Positions 26,236 through 37,894 of a stretch of DNA of 43,040 nucleotides are shown piece after piece. The notes below the pieces were generated by a model that was not told where the DNA came from, ran no database searches, and was given only the letters and a program-made list of their open reading frames with translations. Position numbers and translations under genes: made by a program. Position 1 is the first letter of the stretch. Every line of letters begins with the position of its first letter. Source of the stretch: Macrostomum lignano. Its lineage: Eukaryota. The DNA lies in the NCBI GenBank assembly GCA_002269645.1, contig NIVC01004531.1, positions 1-43,040 of the forward strand, written 5' to 3'.

Positions 26236-26450
26236 TCAAACTTATCGACTTGGTAGTGCCTATGGTCTAAATCCTATCGAATTGCTAGTGCCTATGGTCG
26301 AACCCTATCGACTCTGTAGTGTCAATGGTCCGTATCATCTCGGTAGTGTCTATGGTCCAATCCCATCGACTCGGTAGTGTCCATGGTCCAAAATATCGAC
26401 TCGGTAGTGTCCATGGTCCAAAATATCGACTCGGTAGTGTCGCTGGTCGA
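26236..26450. repeat. ~30-bp degenerate tandem repeat, ~7 copies, intron 4
   Basis: atcgactcggtagtgtccatggtccaaaat and variants. Confidence 0.85.
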
Positions 26451-26517
26451 ACCACAACCAACTCTCAGTGTCAATGGTTGATCCTTCATTTCAAAACCTC
26501 CCTTCCTATTAAAACAG

Positions 26518-26904
26518 ATATGCCTCCTGTACTAATAGCCACCGAGCCAAGCATAGGCTACGCACCAGTTAGCGTAGCAGCTTCGAACGACGCCCTGCAT
26601 GGTTACTATCCACCCCGAGTGGCGTCGACTGTTGGCACTTTTACCTGCTTGTTTATGGCGCAACCTCGACCGAGCGTTCGCGCCTACCTGGACGGCAATC
26701 AGAGCCTATTCGAAAGCTTGTCTAACGGCGCTATGGGCCAGTCATCGCCGTATCGTTTAACTACCCATGTTACTGGGCAGGAGGTGCGACTAGTGCTAGA
26801 TTATGCGCCTACCACACTGCAACACACGGGTCGGCTGTTAATTGAAGCTACTAACGAGCGAGGCTCTGCCTCATGTCGGCTGGTACTGTTTGGCGTCTCG
26901 AGTC
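26518..26904 (+). CDS. Dscam: Dscam-like exon 5 (Ig5)
   Basis: Acceptor aaaacag, donor C|GTGAGT, phase 1-1. DMPPVLI...FTCLFMAQPRPSV...GRLLIEATNERGSAS. Confidence 0.85.
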
Positions 26905-26964
26905 GTGAGTGAAGATTCTTCCTTGTAGTGATCCTCTCTATTGTACTCGCATCCTATCACGATA

Positions 26965-27130
26965 TCTTCCCGTCACTCTCTATCCGTCACTCTCTTCCCG
27001 TAACTCTCTTCCTATCACGAGCGCTACTTGTAACTCTTTTCCCGTCACTCTCTTGAGCTTATGGGTAAACGCTCCTATCACGAGCGCTACCCGTAAGTCT
27101 CTTCCAGTCACTCTCTTCTCATCACTCTTT
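26965..27130. repeat. Degenerate cccgtcactctctt repeat, intron 5
   Basis: Several copies of (c)ccgtcactctct; reverse complement of the intron 6 array at 29150-29548. Confidence 0.8.
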
Positions 27131-27250
27131 CACTTCATGCTGTCCAACATTGTATATTTTTATCAATGACCAGTCACTTATATATTGCAAGTAGTCTCTA
27201 AGCGGCCAGTGCAACGCTATCACCCAACTCTCTGTTACAATCCAATCTAG

Positions 27251-27798
27251 CTCCCAAACTGCAAATCCGCACTATGCGCCGACGTCACTACGCCGTGATG
27301 AGTAAAGCATTCTCACTCGAGTGCCCAGTGCTCGGCGGCCTCAACAGTCAGGAAAATTATCCCAATATGACGGGCATAGAGACCTATTCGGTTCGTTGGC
27401 TATTCAAACCAGCTGACTCGCCAGCTAAACAGCTCGTATTGCCGATCAATCATCGAACCATCACTGGTCCGACTGGCTATCCCGATCAACTCCACACCAT
27501 TGATGTCGAACCATCAGATGCTGGACAGTACGAATGCGTTGTCACGGCAACCGATGAAGCGCAGCTAGATCGGAGCGGCACGTCCGACTCTGTCGGCCAA
27601 TTGAAAGCTACCACCGACGTGCTGGTAGTTCGCGGAGTTCGTCCAAATTGGATTAGCGATCAGCTGGATTTGGATCCAAGCATCTCAATAACGGACTCGT
27701 GCAAACCCGTTAACACACCGACTGGGAACTGGTTCGCTTGGTGGCACAAGGCTGACTCGACTGCTGACAGGCAGGAATTGGATGGCGAGTTTGTCACC
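27251..27798 (+). CDS. Dscam: Dscam-like exon 6 (Ig6 and start of Ig7)
   Basis: Acceptor atctag, donor ACC|GTGAGT (phase 0). PKLQIRTM..YAV...LECPV...VRW...SDAGQYECV, then DSCKP..WFAWW. Confidence 0.92.
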
Positions 27799-27898
27799 GT
27801 GAGTCACTTGGGGCTGGGGCTGACTGCTTGTTGTGTCTTCAGTAGCTTGTTTCTGTTGAATCGCTTGAATCATTAGGCTTATGGGTAAACGCTTCTGA

Positions 27899-28350
27899 TC
27901 TGTCTCTTGGTGGGCGCCCCTGTCTCTTGGTGAGCGCCCCTGTCTCTTGGTGGGCGCCCCTGTCTCTTGGTGGGCGCCCCTGTCTCTTGGTGGGCGCCCC
28001 TGTTTCTTGGTGGGCGCTCCTGTCTCTTGGTGGGCGCTCCTGTCTCTTGGTGGGCGCCCCTGTCTCTTGGTGGGCGCCCCTGTCTCTTGGTGGGCGCCCC
28101 TGTTTCTTGGTGGGCGCTCCTGTCTCTTGGTGGGCGCTCCTGTCTCTTGGTGGGCGCCCCTGTCTCTTGGTGGGCGCCCCTGTCTCTTGGTGGGCGCCCC
28201 TGTCTCTTGGTGGGCGCCCCTGTCTCTTGATTTGCGCACCTGTCTCTTTGTGGGCGCCTCCTGTCTCTTGGTGGGCGCCCCTGTCTCTTGGTGGGCGCCC
28301 CTGTCTCTTGGTGGGCGCCCCTGTCTCTTGGTGGGCGCCCCTGTCTCTTG
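27899..28350. repeat. 20-bp satellite, ~22 copies, intron 6
   Basis: Unit tgtctcttggtgggcgcccc. Confidence 0.95.
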
Positions 28351-29149
28351 CTTGGCGCATCTATCTCTTTATTGGCGCCCCTTGTCTATTGCTCAGCAAC
28401 CTTACCCCTATCTCCTTTTGGTTAGATGTCATATCCAATAGTTTGCAAAATTTAAGCTCCTGTCATTGTTTCAAGCTTGTTTAGCTCTTTAATTTAGTTT
28501 TTGGAGGATGACTGCTCTTATCTAGTCTTTCTCATGCCTGAACTATGTCATCAATCTCACAAATAGTCCTAGAGTTGCCATCTGAAAAATATTTGCTAAA
28601 GGTTTAGTCTTATGCCTGATTCATATGATCCTGTTTTGACATTCCTGCTACGAGTAGCTATGCACTACCACCCACTCTATAACCTAAAAACAGATGTAAA
28701 GTGCCGTTCCAATTATTGCGAAGTACATCGTGTCCTAATTAAAACCTTCGATAAATAAAGCCTTAGCTGCGTAAAAACGCATAAAAACTTCTTTTTCAAC
28801 TTCGAACATAACTGTATTATACATAAGAACAGCTAAGCTAGCCCTGTGTAAAGAACCCTTAGGTAAGAAAAGGACAGGCAGAGAGGATCGGCGCCAGCAC
28901 GGAAATCCGCTTGCACTTGCAGTAGACTAAATAAACCAACAGCAGACGTGCAGAATTCTTCCTCCCCTCTGTCCTCGGCTGATTTATGATCGAGGATGTT
29001 ATAAAAATATGGCGGGGCGCTGTGAAAATCCGCGTTGCAACGTCCTTGAGACAACGACATAACAACTAGAGAAATATTAGCAATTAGCGAGGGTACTATT
29101 TTCCAACGGAGTAGACGTTCTATTCTGCGAATTACTGGACGTGAAGAGA

Positions 29150-29548
29150 GTGACGGGAGGAGAGTGACAGGAAGAGAGTGACTGGATGAGAGTGACGGGA
29201 AGAGAGTGACAGGAAGAGAGTGACAAGTAGAGAGTGACAGGAAGAGAGTGACAAGTAGAGAGTGACGGGAAGGGAGTGATGGGAAGAGAGTGACAGGAAG
29301 AGAGTGACAAGTAGAGTGACGGGAACGGATGACGAGTAGAGAGTGACGGGAAGAGAGTGACGGGAAGAGAGTGACGGGAAGAGAGTGACGTGAAGAGAGT
29401 GACGGGAAGAGAGTGACAGGAAGAGAGTGACGGGAAGGGAGTGACGGGAAGAGAGTGATGGGAAGAGAGTGACAGGAAGAGAGTGACAGGAAGAGAGTGA
29501 CGGGAAGAGGGTGACAGGAAGAGAGTGACAAGTAGAGAGTGACGGGAC
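29150..29548. repeat. 14-bp purine-rich satellite, ~28 copies, intron 6
   Basis: Unit gagagtgac(g/a)ggaa. Confidence 0.93.
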
Positions 29549-29641
29549 GAGAATGATGAAACATCCAAACGTCACCCAATCCATGTGTTTTGTCGAATAT
29601 CAGCAAACTGCTGCACATCTTAATCCCACCCTTCCTTTCAG

Positions 29642-29912
29642 TACAACCCGAAGCAAGGCGGTCTGGCGGAGTCCTTGGAAGTCGGCCTGACGATGGCGCA
29701 GCACTCGGAGTGCTTCGCCCGCATGCGAGACCAATTCGCAGACGCCGGCTTCCCAAATCTGATCTACAGCTTGTCCGACCGGAGCCTGCAGCGGCGGGCG
29801 GCAACTCTGAATATTCGAAAGCCTCAACGGGGCCGAGACGAGGGCGTGTTCGTCTGTCACATTGTCAGCTGCTTCGACCACGCCGTTGCTAAGAAGAGAG
29901 TCACCTTGCGGA
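29642..29912 (+). CDS. Dscam: Dscam-like exon 7 (rest of Ig7)
   Basis: Acceptor cttcctttcag (phase 0), donor A|GTGAGT (phase 1). ATLNIRKPQRGRDEGVFVCHIV is the Ig E-F strand motif. Confidence 0.9.
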
Positions 29913-29939
29913 GTGAGTGACGCTCGTGAAAGTGGTAAA

Positions 29940-30330
29940 GAGATAGAGATAAAGAGATAGAGATGAACAGATAGAGATGAATGGATAGAGATGAATGGAT
30001 AGAGATGAATGGGTAGAGATGAATGGGTAGAGATGAATGGATAGAGATGAAGGGGTAGAGATGAATGGGTAGAGATGAAGGGGTAGAGATGAAGGGGTAG
30101 AGATGAATGGGTAGAGATGAAGGGGTAGAGATGAATGGGTAGAGATGAAGGGGTAGAGATGAATGGATAGAGATGAATGGATAGAGATGAATGGATAGAG
30201 ATGAATGGATAGAGATGAATGGGTAGAGATGAATGGATAGAGATGAATGGGTAGAGATGAATGGGTAGAGATGAAGGGGTAGAGATGAATGGGTAGAGAT
30301 GAAGGGTTAAAAATAAAGAGATAGAGATGA
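29940..30330. repeat. 14-bp purine-rich satellite, intron 7
   Basis: Unit (g/a)tagagatgaatgg, starting ~30 nt after the exon 7 donor. Confidence 0.93.
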
Positions 30331-30822
30331 AGGGGCGGAAATGAAGGGACTGGGACAAGGGGAATTGAATGAACCGAGGGAGAGGAAGGGAGAGTGGATT
30401 TGAGTGACACGGTGGAAGGTTAAGATTGTATTGTAAAATTGTAACACGTTTTGTTACTACAAAAAGAAAGAAAAAATGTCCTCTGCTAAATATTATTATT
30501 TTTCTTTGCTTACACACGAAAACGCTGTCTCTAGCTCGAATTCCCTATTCGGTCCTGGCCGTATGCGTCAGTTCACACGCATTCTGGCAATTTCCCGCGA
30601 GCGTCTTTCTCGTCTTTTCCAAACTGTCTTTGTTTCTACAAGCCAACAACAATCCTGTTTTTTCCTGGTTTCCATTAGCAGAAACAATATCCGTCTTTTG
30701 CTAATTAGTTCTCTGGGGAAAAGGCAAGCGGGACGTCGCGATCGCAAATGTCAAAATAGAAAGAGTTTTCTGCTGCCACGCTTACAAATTGCTAATCTGT
30801 CCTATTAGATAAAGGGTTGAAA

Positions 30823-31290
30823 TGGATTGCTAATCCATTTAATTCGATGAAGGGTTCGAATGGATTGCTAATCTATCTAATTCGATGAAGGGTTCGAATG
30901 GATTGCTAATCTATCTGATTCGATGAAGGCTTAGAATGGATTGCTAATCTTTCCTCTAGTATCAATACGCTCGTAGATGAAGTATTAGATTGGATTGCTA
31001 ATCTATCCTTTATTAAATTAATTATTAGATTGGATTGCTAATCTATCCTCGATTAAATGAAGGATTAGAAAGGATTGCTAATCTATCCTCGATTAGATGA
31101 AGGATTACGAGCTAGATTGGATTGCTAATCTATCTTCTATTAGATGAAGTATTAGATTGGATTGCTAATCTATTCAATCGAAGGATTTGAATGGATTGCT
31201 AATCTATTCAATCGAAGGATTTGAATGGATTGCTAATCTATTCAATCGAAGGATTTGAATGGATTGCTAATCTATTCAATCGAAGGATTA
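30823..31290. repeat. 33-40-bp degenerate repeat with ggattgctaatcta core, left cluster
   Basis: About 12 copies of the core with related but variable flanks. Confidence 0.88.
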
Positions 31291-31380
31291 CAATGGATTA
31301 GATCGGGCCTATCCTATTGGATGATGCTTTATAAAGACACTATTTACAAAAAGTTCTAGTACTATAACACCATATTCAAA

Positions 31381-31470
31381 TACAAGTTATTGCACCAGAC
31401 GAATAATAGCAACCCACTGGAGTGCAAGCGATGCTTCTGTCTCGGCCATCGATCTCCATAAAAATGCATC
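31381..31470 (+). mobile_element. Possible decayed gag/ORF1 zinc-knuckle remnant
   Basis: Frame from 31381 reads NSNPLECKRCFCLGHRSP*KC, a C-x2-C-x4-H pattern with a stop, resembling retroelement knuckles (P.RC..C...GH). Confidence 0.3.
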
Positions 31471-32188
31471 AGCTTAAAACTGACAGTCCGCTTTCAGTGC
31501 AGACTGAGGGCGATATAAAAAATCAGAGAAATGAAGGCCCGCAAGACGAAGGCTTGGCCCGTACACCTGACCGACTGCGAAATTCTCTCTGTGGGGCTTG
31601 GTGGCTGGCGAGAAGTTGAAAAATCCTCCCTATTGCGTGAAATTCCTTTTCCCCAAGCTGGGTTGGGAATTTTTTCCCCTCCCTTTTACGCACCTTGAAA
31701 GGTAAGAAACTGGATAGAAAAAGGAATCCTTCAGCCTACACTGGTGCATGGCAACTGAGGTGAACGAAGAAAACAACAATTTCCTGATTTGGCGGTGGCT
31801 TGCTGTCGCTCGGGTTGCCAGCTACCAGGGTTCGAACAGAATTCCCATTTCTAGGGACAAAACTGATTCTGGGCGGTCAAGTTGTACTTTTGTTGCCTGT
31901 CAAGCATGACTGAGAGATGAAAGGTGGGTAGATTGACAGGCCTGCGACCGCTCTTGGAAAGAGAGAGGGGGTGTTGAAGTGTGAGTCAAGAATTTCTTAG
32001 CCTTTAACTATCGAAGGAATGCTTGGTGGAAGCCAGTAAGTCCTTTACAAGTTTGAAATTGATTGGTTGATATCTTATGCAATGGCTGTTTTAAATATGA
32101 TGTGTTTGAAGTGGCCTCTGGTGCTTACTGGTATTGTGGTAGTTTCTGTAGAACATTTTCCAGTTCACTTTGTACATATTTTTCCCTA

Positions 32189-32345
32189 TGGATTGCTAAT
32201 CTATCTAATTCGATGAAGGCTTAGAATGGATTGCTAATCTTTCCAAATAAATAAAGGGTTAGAATGGATAGCTAATCTTTCCTCTATATCAATAGATGAA
32301 ATATTAGATTGGATTGCGAATCTATCTCTATTAGATGAATGATTA
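32189..32345. repeat. Same ggattgctaatct family, right cluster
   Basis: About 4-5 copies, separated from the left cluster by ~0.9 kb of unique sequence. Confidence 0.82.
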
Positions 32346-32354
32346 GAAAGGATA

Positions 32355-32748
32355 ACTCTGCCCTCTTATCCCATATTATCTCATTTCATCCCATATTATC
32401 CCGTATTATCCCATTTGATCCCATATTATCTCATTTCATCCCATATTATCCCATATTATCCCATATTATCCCATTTGATCCCATATTATCCCATTTTAAC
32501 CTATTTTATCCCATATTATCCCATATTATCCCATTTGATCCCATATTGTCCCATATTATCCCATTTTAACCCATTTTATCCCATATTATCCCATTTTATC
32601 CCATTTTATCCCATATTATCCTAAATTATCCCATTTTATCCCATATTATCCTATTTTATCCCATTTTATCCCATATTATCCTAAATTATCCCATTTTGTC
32701 CCATATTATCCTATTTCATCCCATATTATCCAATATTATCCCTATTAT
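32355..32748. repeat. 10-bp satellite (cccatattat / cccattttat)
   Basis: Ends ~110 nt before the exon 8 acceptor. Confidence 0.92.
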
Positions 32749-32857
32749 TGCATCCTATTTTTATAATTTTTTATAAAAGAAAAAAATAACTTTTTAAACA
32801 ATTTTTATGCATAACTGAAGTTAATAATCGTGCTAATTCCCTACTCTGCCTTGGCAG

Positions 32858-33001
32858 GAGACTTCGCCTTCAAGAAGGACCAGCCGCCCAACACGCAGGA
32901 GGTGGCGCTCGGCCAGCCAATCTTTGTTTCCTGCGCAGTCAGCGACACGGGGCTGAGCTCGCCTCAGCTGGTCTGGTACGAGGGCAACTCCATGAAGGAG
33001 G
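32858..33001 (+). CDS. Dscam: Dscam-like exon 8 (N-half Ig8)
   Basis: Acceptor ttggcag (CAG/GAG tandem), donor G|GTGAGT. 144 nt, phase 1-1. [38 protein letters not shown]. Confidence 0.88.
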
Positions 33002-33049
33002 GTGAGTCCTCTGGCCTGTGCGCTGCTGATTGGCTTTGTTTAATAGTCT

Positions 33050-34620
33050 CTCACCGCGTCCCTCACTCCGTCCCTCACTCCGTCTCTCACCCCATCTCTC
33101 ACTCCGTCCCTCACTCCGTCTCTCACCCCATCTCTCACTCCGTCTCTCCCTCCGTCTCTCACTCCGTCCCTCACTCCGTCCCTCACTCCGTCCCTCACTC
33201 CGTCTCTCACTCCGTCCCTCACTCCGTCCCTCACTCCGTCACTCACCCCATCTCTCACTCCGTCCCTCACTCCGTCTCTCACCCCATCTCTCACTCCGTC
33301 TCTCACTCCGTCTCTCACTCCGTCCCTCACTCCGTCTCTCACTCCGTCTCTCACTCCGTCTCTCACTCCGTCTCTCACTCCGTCCCTCACTCCGTCTCTC
33401 ACCCCATCTCTCACTCCGTCTCTCACTCCGTCTCTCACTCCGTCCCTCACCCCGTCTCTCACCCCGTCTCTCACCCCGTCTCTCACTCCGTCTCTCACCC
33501 CGTCTCTCACTCCGTCTCTCACTCCGTCTCTCACTCCGTCTCTCACCCCGTCTCTCACTCCGTCTCTCACTCCGTCCCTCACTCCGTCTCTCACTCCGTC
33601 CCTCACTCCGTCTCTCACCCCATCTCTCACTCCGTCTCTCACTCCGTCTCTCACTCCGTCTCTCACCCCGTCTCTCACTCCGTCTCTCACTCCGTCTCTC
33701 TTCTTCCGTCTCTCACTCCGTCTCTCACTCCGTCTCTCACTCCGTCTCTCACCCCATCTCTCACTCCGTCTCTCACTCCGTCCCTCACTCCGTCTCTCAC
33801 CCCATCTCTCACTCCGTCTCTCACTCCGTCTCTCACTCCGTCTCTCACTCCGTCTCTCACTCCGTCCCTCACTCCGTCTCTCACCCCATCTCTCACTCCG
33901 TCTCTCACTCCGTCTCTCACTCCGTCTCTCACTCCGTCTCTCACCCCGTCTCTCACTCCGTCTCTCACTCCGTCTCTCACCCCGTCTCTCACTCCGTCTC
34001 TCACTCCGTCTCTCACCCCATCTCTCACTCCGTCTCTCACTCCGTCCCTCACTCCGTCTCTCACTCCGTCTCTCACTCCGTCCCTCACTCCGTCTCTCAC
34101 CCCATCTCTCACTCCGTCTCTCACTCCGTCTCTCACTTCGTCCCTCACTCCGTCTCTTCTTCCGTCTCTCACTCCGTCTCTCACTCCGTCTCTCACTCCG
34201 TCTCTCACCCCATCTCTCACTCCGTCTCTCACTCCGTCTCTCACTCCGTCCCTCACTCCGTCTCTCACCCCGTCTCTCACTCCGTCTCTCACTCCGTCTC
34301 TCACCCCGTCTCTCACTCCGTCTCTCACTCCGTCTCTCACTCCGTCTCTCACCCCGTCTCTCACTCCGTCTCTCACTCCGTCCCTCACTCCGTCTCTCAC
34401 TCCGTCCCTCACTCCGTCTCTCACCCCATCTCTCACTCCGTCTCTCACTCCGTCCCTCACTCCGTCTCTCACCCCGTCTCTCACTCCGTCTCTCTTCTTC
34501 CGTCTCTCACTCCGTCTCTCACTCCGTCTCTCACTCCGTCTCTCACTCCGTCTCTCACTCCGTCTCTCACTCCGTCTCTCACCCCGTCTCTCACTCCGTC
34601 TCTCACTCTGTCTCTCACTT
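33050..34620. repeat. 12-bp pyrimidine-rich satellite, ~130 copies, intron 8
   Basis: Unit ccgtctctcact with ccgtccctcact and cccatctctcac variants. Confidence 0.97.
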
Positions 34621-34917
34621 CCTGTGCGTACACTTGCCTCACGATAAAAAATCCAGATCGGCTGTGCACCCTGCTTGCCCATTCTATTTTCCTCCATTGA
34701 AGAAGTCAATCAGAAGCAAAAAAATCAAAAGCAAAAATCTAGCATCCCATTTGATTTCCAAACAGCTAATTCCACCCCACGCTTCCTGCAGTCCCCCCTG
34801 TCCTCTCTGGTCTGGAAAATTTCAAATGCAGCCGCTGTACGCAATGCCATGCTTGCCATGACTCAGCAGGCCTGACACAGGCAACTCTGATTCTTCTGCA
34901 TTCACATCGGCATTCAC

Positions 34918-35570
<653 letters not shown>

Positions 35571-35725
35571 ACAGCGTAACAGGGACTTCTATCGATGGAA
35601 AACGGCAATTAATTCACAAATTAATACTCGAAGTTCCCTACTGTCGATTTTCAAGTTAGTAGCTAGCAAAGTTTTTTATGCCAGTTGCACTGAAAAAGCC
35701 AACTATAAAACTAAATGCTTCGCAG

Positions 35726-36063
35726 AGTCCCGAGTGCCGATGTACAACGCCAGCGGCCCGGCCAGGGTGTCGCAGTTTCCAAACGCGACGTTGAGAATCT
35801 CAGCAGTCAGCCTGGACGATCGCAGCTTCCTCTGTGCCGGTTTCTACCGTTCCGTAGCTCGTTCGACAACGTTTAATCCGGTGATCCGCCTGCCGGCTCG
35901 GGTGCTGCCGTTCGACGGCGAGCCTCGACTGGAAGTCACCGCCGGCAGCACCGTGTCGATTCCCTGCCGCGCCAAAGGCGAGCTGCCCATGACGTTCCAA
36001 TGGTTTGCAGCTTACCAGGCTGGCGGACACTCGCTGTGCAGAGTCGATGGCGACTGTAGACAG
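35726..36063 (+). CDS. Dscam: Dscam-like exon 9 (C-half Ig8, N-half Ig9)
   Basis: Acceptor cttcgcag, donor CAG|GTGAGA (phase 0). FPNATLRI...FLC and VSIPCRAKGELPMTFQW match Dscam D9 (LQCEAKGEKPI.I.W). Confidence 0.93.
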
Positions 36064-36099
36064 GTGAGATCTCTATATTGATCTCATTGTGGGAGTTCT

Positions 36100-36290
36100 A
36101 ATTTAGGGATTCTTCCCAATTAAGTTCTTTATGGTGTTATTTCTAGCCCGTAGATTGAGTATTCTTCCCATTTGTTATTTCCATTGTGAGTTTTCTAGAT
36201 TTCGGGTATTTCTTCCATTTGTTATTCTATTGTGGGATTTCTAGATTTGGGGGATTTCTCCCATTTGGGATCTCTATGGTGGGATTTCTA
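36100..36290. repeat. Degenerate gggatttct/ccattt repeat, intron 9
   Basis: Recurring ttctagattt, gggattt and ttccattt(g) blocks. Confidence 0.55.
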
Positions 36291-36369
36291 CGAGCTAGTT
36301 TGAAGGACGGCTAGATGACTATTTACACTGAGAGCATTGCATAAAAGCATTATAACGACCTACAACCAG

Positions 36370-36631
36370 GTCGGTATCTACACCGAGGATCAGGACCTGG
36401 GCAACGGCAACTCCGGCTTCGGTGCCAGCATCGGCCTCAGCGGCTTTGGGTCGCAAACTCTGGAACTGCGCCGGGCCAATGCCGGCCTCAGCGGTCGCTA
36501 CACCTGTCGAGCCTCGAATCAATACAATATCTTTAATAGCCGGGGCACCGGAGGCTATAGCGAGAGAAGCATTGATATTGTGGTTGTGAGCCCTCCCGGG
36601 CCAGTAAGGTCGTTTCAGCCTACTGATGCCG
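36370..36631 (+). CDS. Dscam: Dscam-like exon 10 (C-half Ig9, start FN1)
   Basis: Acceptor aaccag (phase 0), donor G|GTTAGT. TLELRRANAGLSGRYTCRASNQY...IDIVVVSPPGPV. Confidence 0.9.
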
Positions 36632-36744
36632 GTTAGTATTTTGAGTGGCTTTTTTATAAGCGAAACTATTTTTTGAACCGCCACTGCACGTTTAACCCGA
36701 AAAACACACGCCAACGCTTCAAACACATGCAAACCCTCCCCAAA

Positions 36745-37105
36745 CACTTGTCAAACCCCGAAACACACGCAAACCCTCCTCAAACACACGCCAACCCCAA
36801 ACACACGCCACCCCCCAAACACACGCCAACCCCCAGACACACGCCAACCCCCAAACACACGCCAACACCCCAAACACACACCAACCCCCAAACACACGCC
36901 AACACCCCAAACACACACCAACCCCCAAACACACGCCAACCCCCAAACACACGCCAACACCCCAAACACGCGCCAACCCCCAAAACACGCCAATCCCCCA
37001 AACACACGCCAAACCCCCCAAACACACGCCAGCACCGCAAACGCACGCCAACCCCTCAAACCCACAGCAAACCCCCAAAATACCCCAACACCCCAAACAC
37101 GCGCC
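36745..37105. repeat. ~18-bp degenerate C/A-rich repeat, intron 10
   Basis: Unit ccaacccccaaacacacg. Confidence 0.88.
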
Positions 37106-37186
37106 AACAGCCTACAAACCTCCACAAAAGCCGATAGGCACATCTGTACGGACCAGCATACTAAACAAAACGCTGAACCACTCCAG

Positions 37187-37876
37187 GAGCCGATTGGGCC
37201 ACGCTGCAGTGGGAGCCGCCGCCCAGAAACGGGCACAAGCCAGTCACGGCCTACAAAGTTGTCTACACCGATGAAAGCGCCTCGGATCCGGGCTTTTCTA
37301 TCGCCTCGCAGGAAACTGTGGCAGCCACCACGGCAGGTGACGCTCGCAGCCTGACTGTCCGGGGTCTTCGTCCTGGCCGTCAACTCGTGTTCCGCATCTC
37401 GGCGGTGAACAGCGTCGGCGAAGGTCCGGCAGTCTCCGCCCGAGTGGCCACCCTGGAGAAGCCGCCGGCTGGTCCTGTGAGAAACCTGCGAGTTTCAGCC
37501 ACTCCGGTGGAACTGTCTCCGATCGAAGATGCGCAGTCTCGGGATGGCGGCGTGAAGCTGGTGCTCAACTGGGATCCACCCGATGCTCAGCTGATGAACG
37601 GCCGACTGACCAACTACACTGTACACTATCGCCGGCTGGAGTTGGGCGAACTGCCCGCCGACTGTCCCCCAGGATTAGCTGGCGACAGCGGCGGCGGGTC
37701 ATCCACTAGCAGGTTCCTATTGGCAACTAAGACGCCGGCTCTCACCGCCGTGATTGGCGGCGGCTTCGGTCGGGATCGGTTGCGGACAATGTCCGACTAT
37801 CAACTGAGAGTTATCCCGGCCAATGCTGTGGGAGAGGGGCCGCCCGCGTGCGCTGTGGCCAGGACTCTGGGATCCG
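37187..37876 (+). CDS. Dscam: Dscam-like exon 11 (FN1, FN2)
   Basis: Acceptor cactccag, donor G|GTGAGC. LQWEPPPRNGHKPVTAYKV...LRPGRQLVFRISAVNSVGEGP and LNWDPP..NGRLTNYTVHY...YQLRVIPANAVGEGP. Confidence 0.95.
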
Positions 37877-37894
37877 GTGAGCGGGAGTCGAAGT

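Noticed and set aside
30823-31290. CRISPR-like look (conserved core with variable gaps)
   Set aside because: The gaps are related to each other rather than unique spacers, the unit is short, there are no cas genes, and the context is a spliceosomal intron.
28858-31707. AG|GTAAGA recursive-splice-like sites at 28861-28868 and 31700-31707
   Set aside because: The host introns are only 1.8-2.9 kb and the upstream 3' signals are weak; such matches are expected by chance.
32830-34709. 605, 556, 340 and 216 aa ORFs (SHSV, LTPS, RDGV repeats)
   Set aside because: Translations of the 12-bp satellite. Only 32858-33001 is a real exon.
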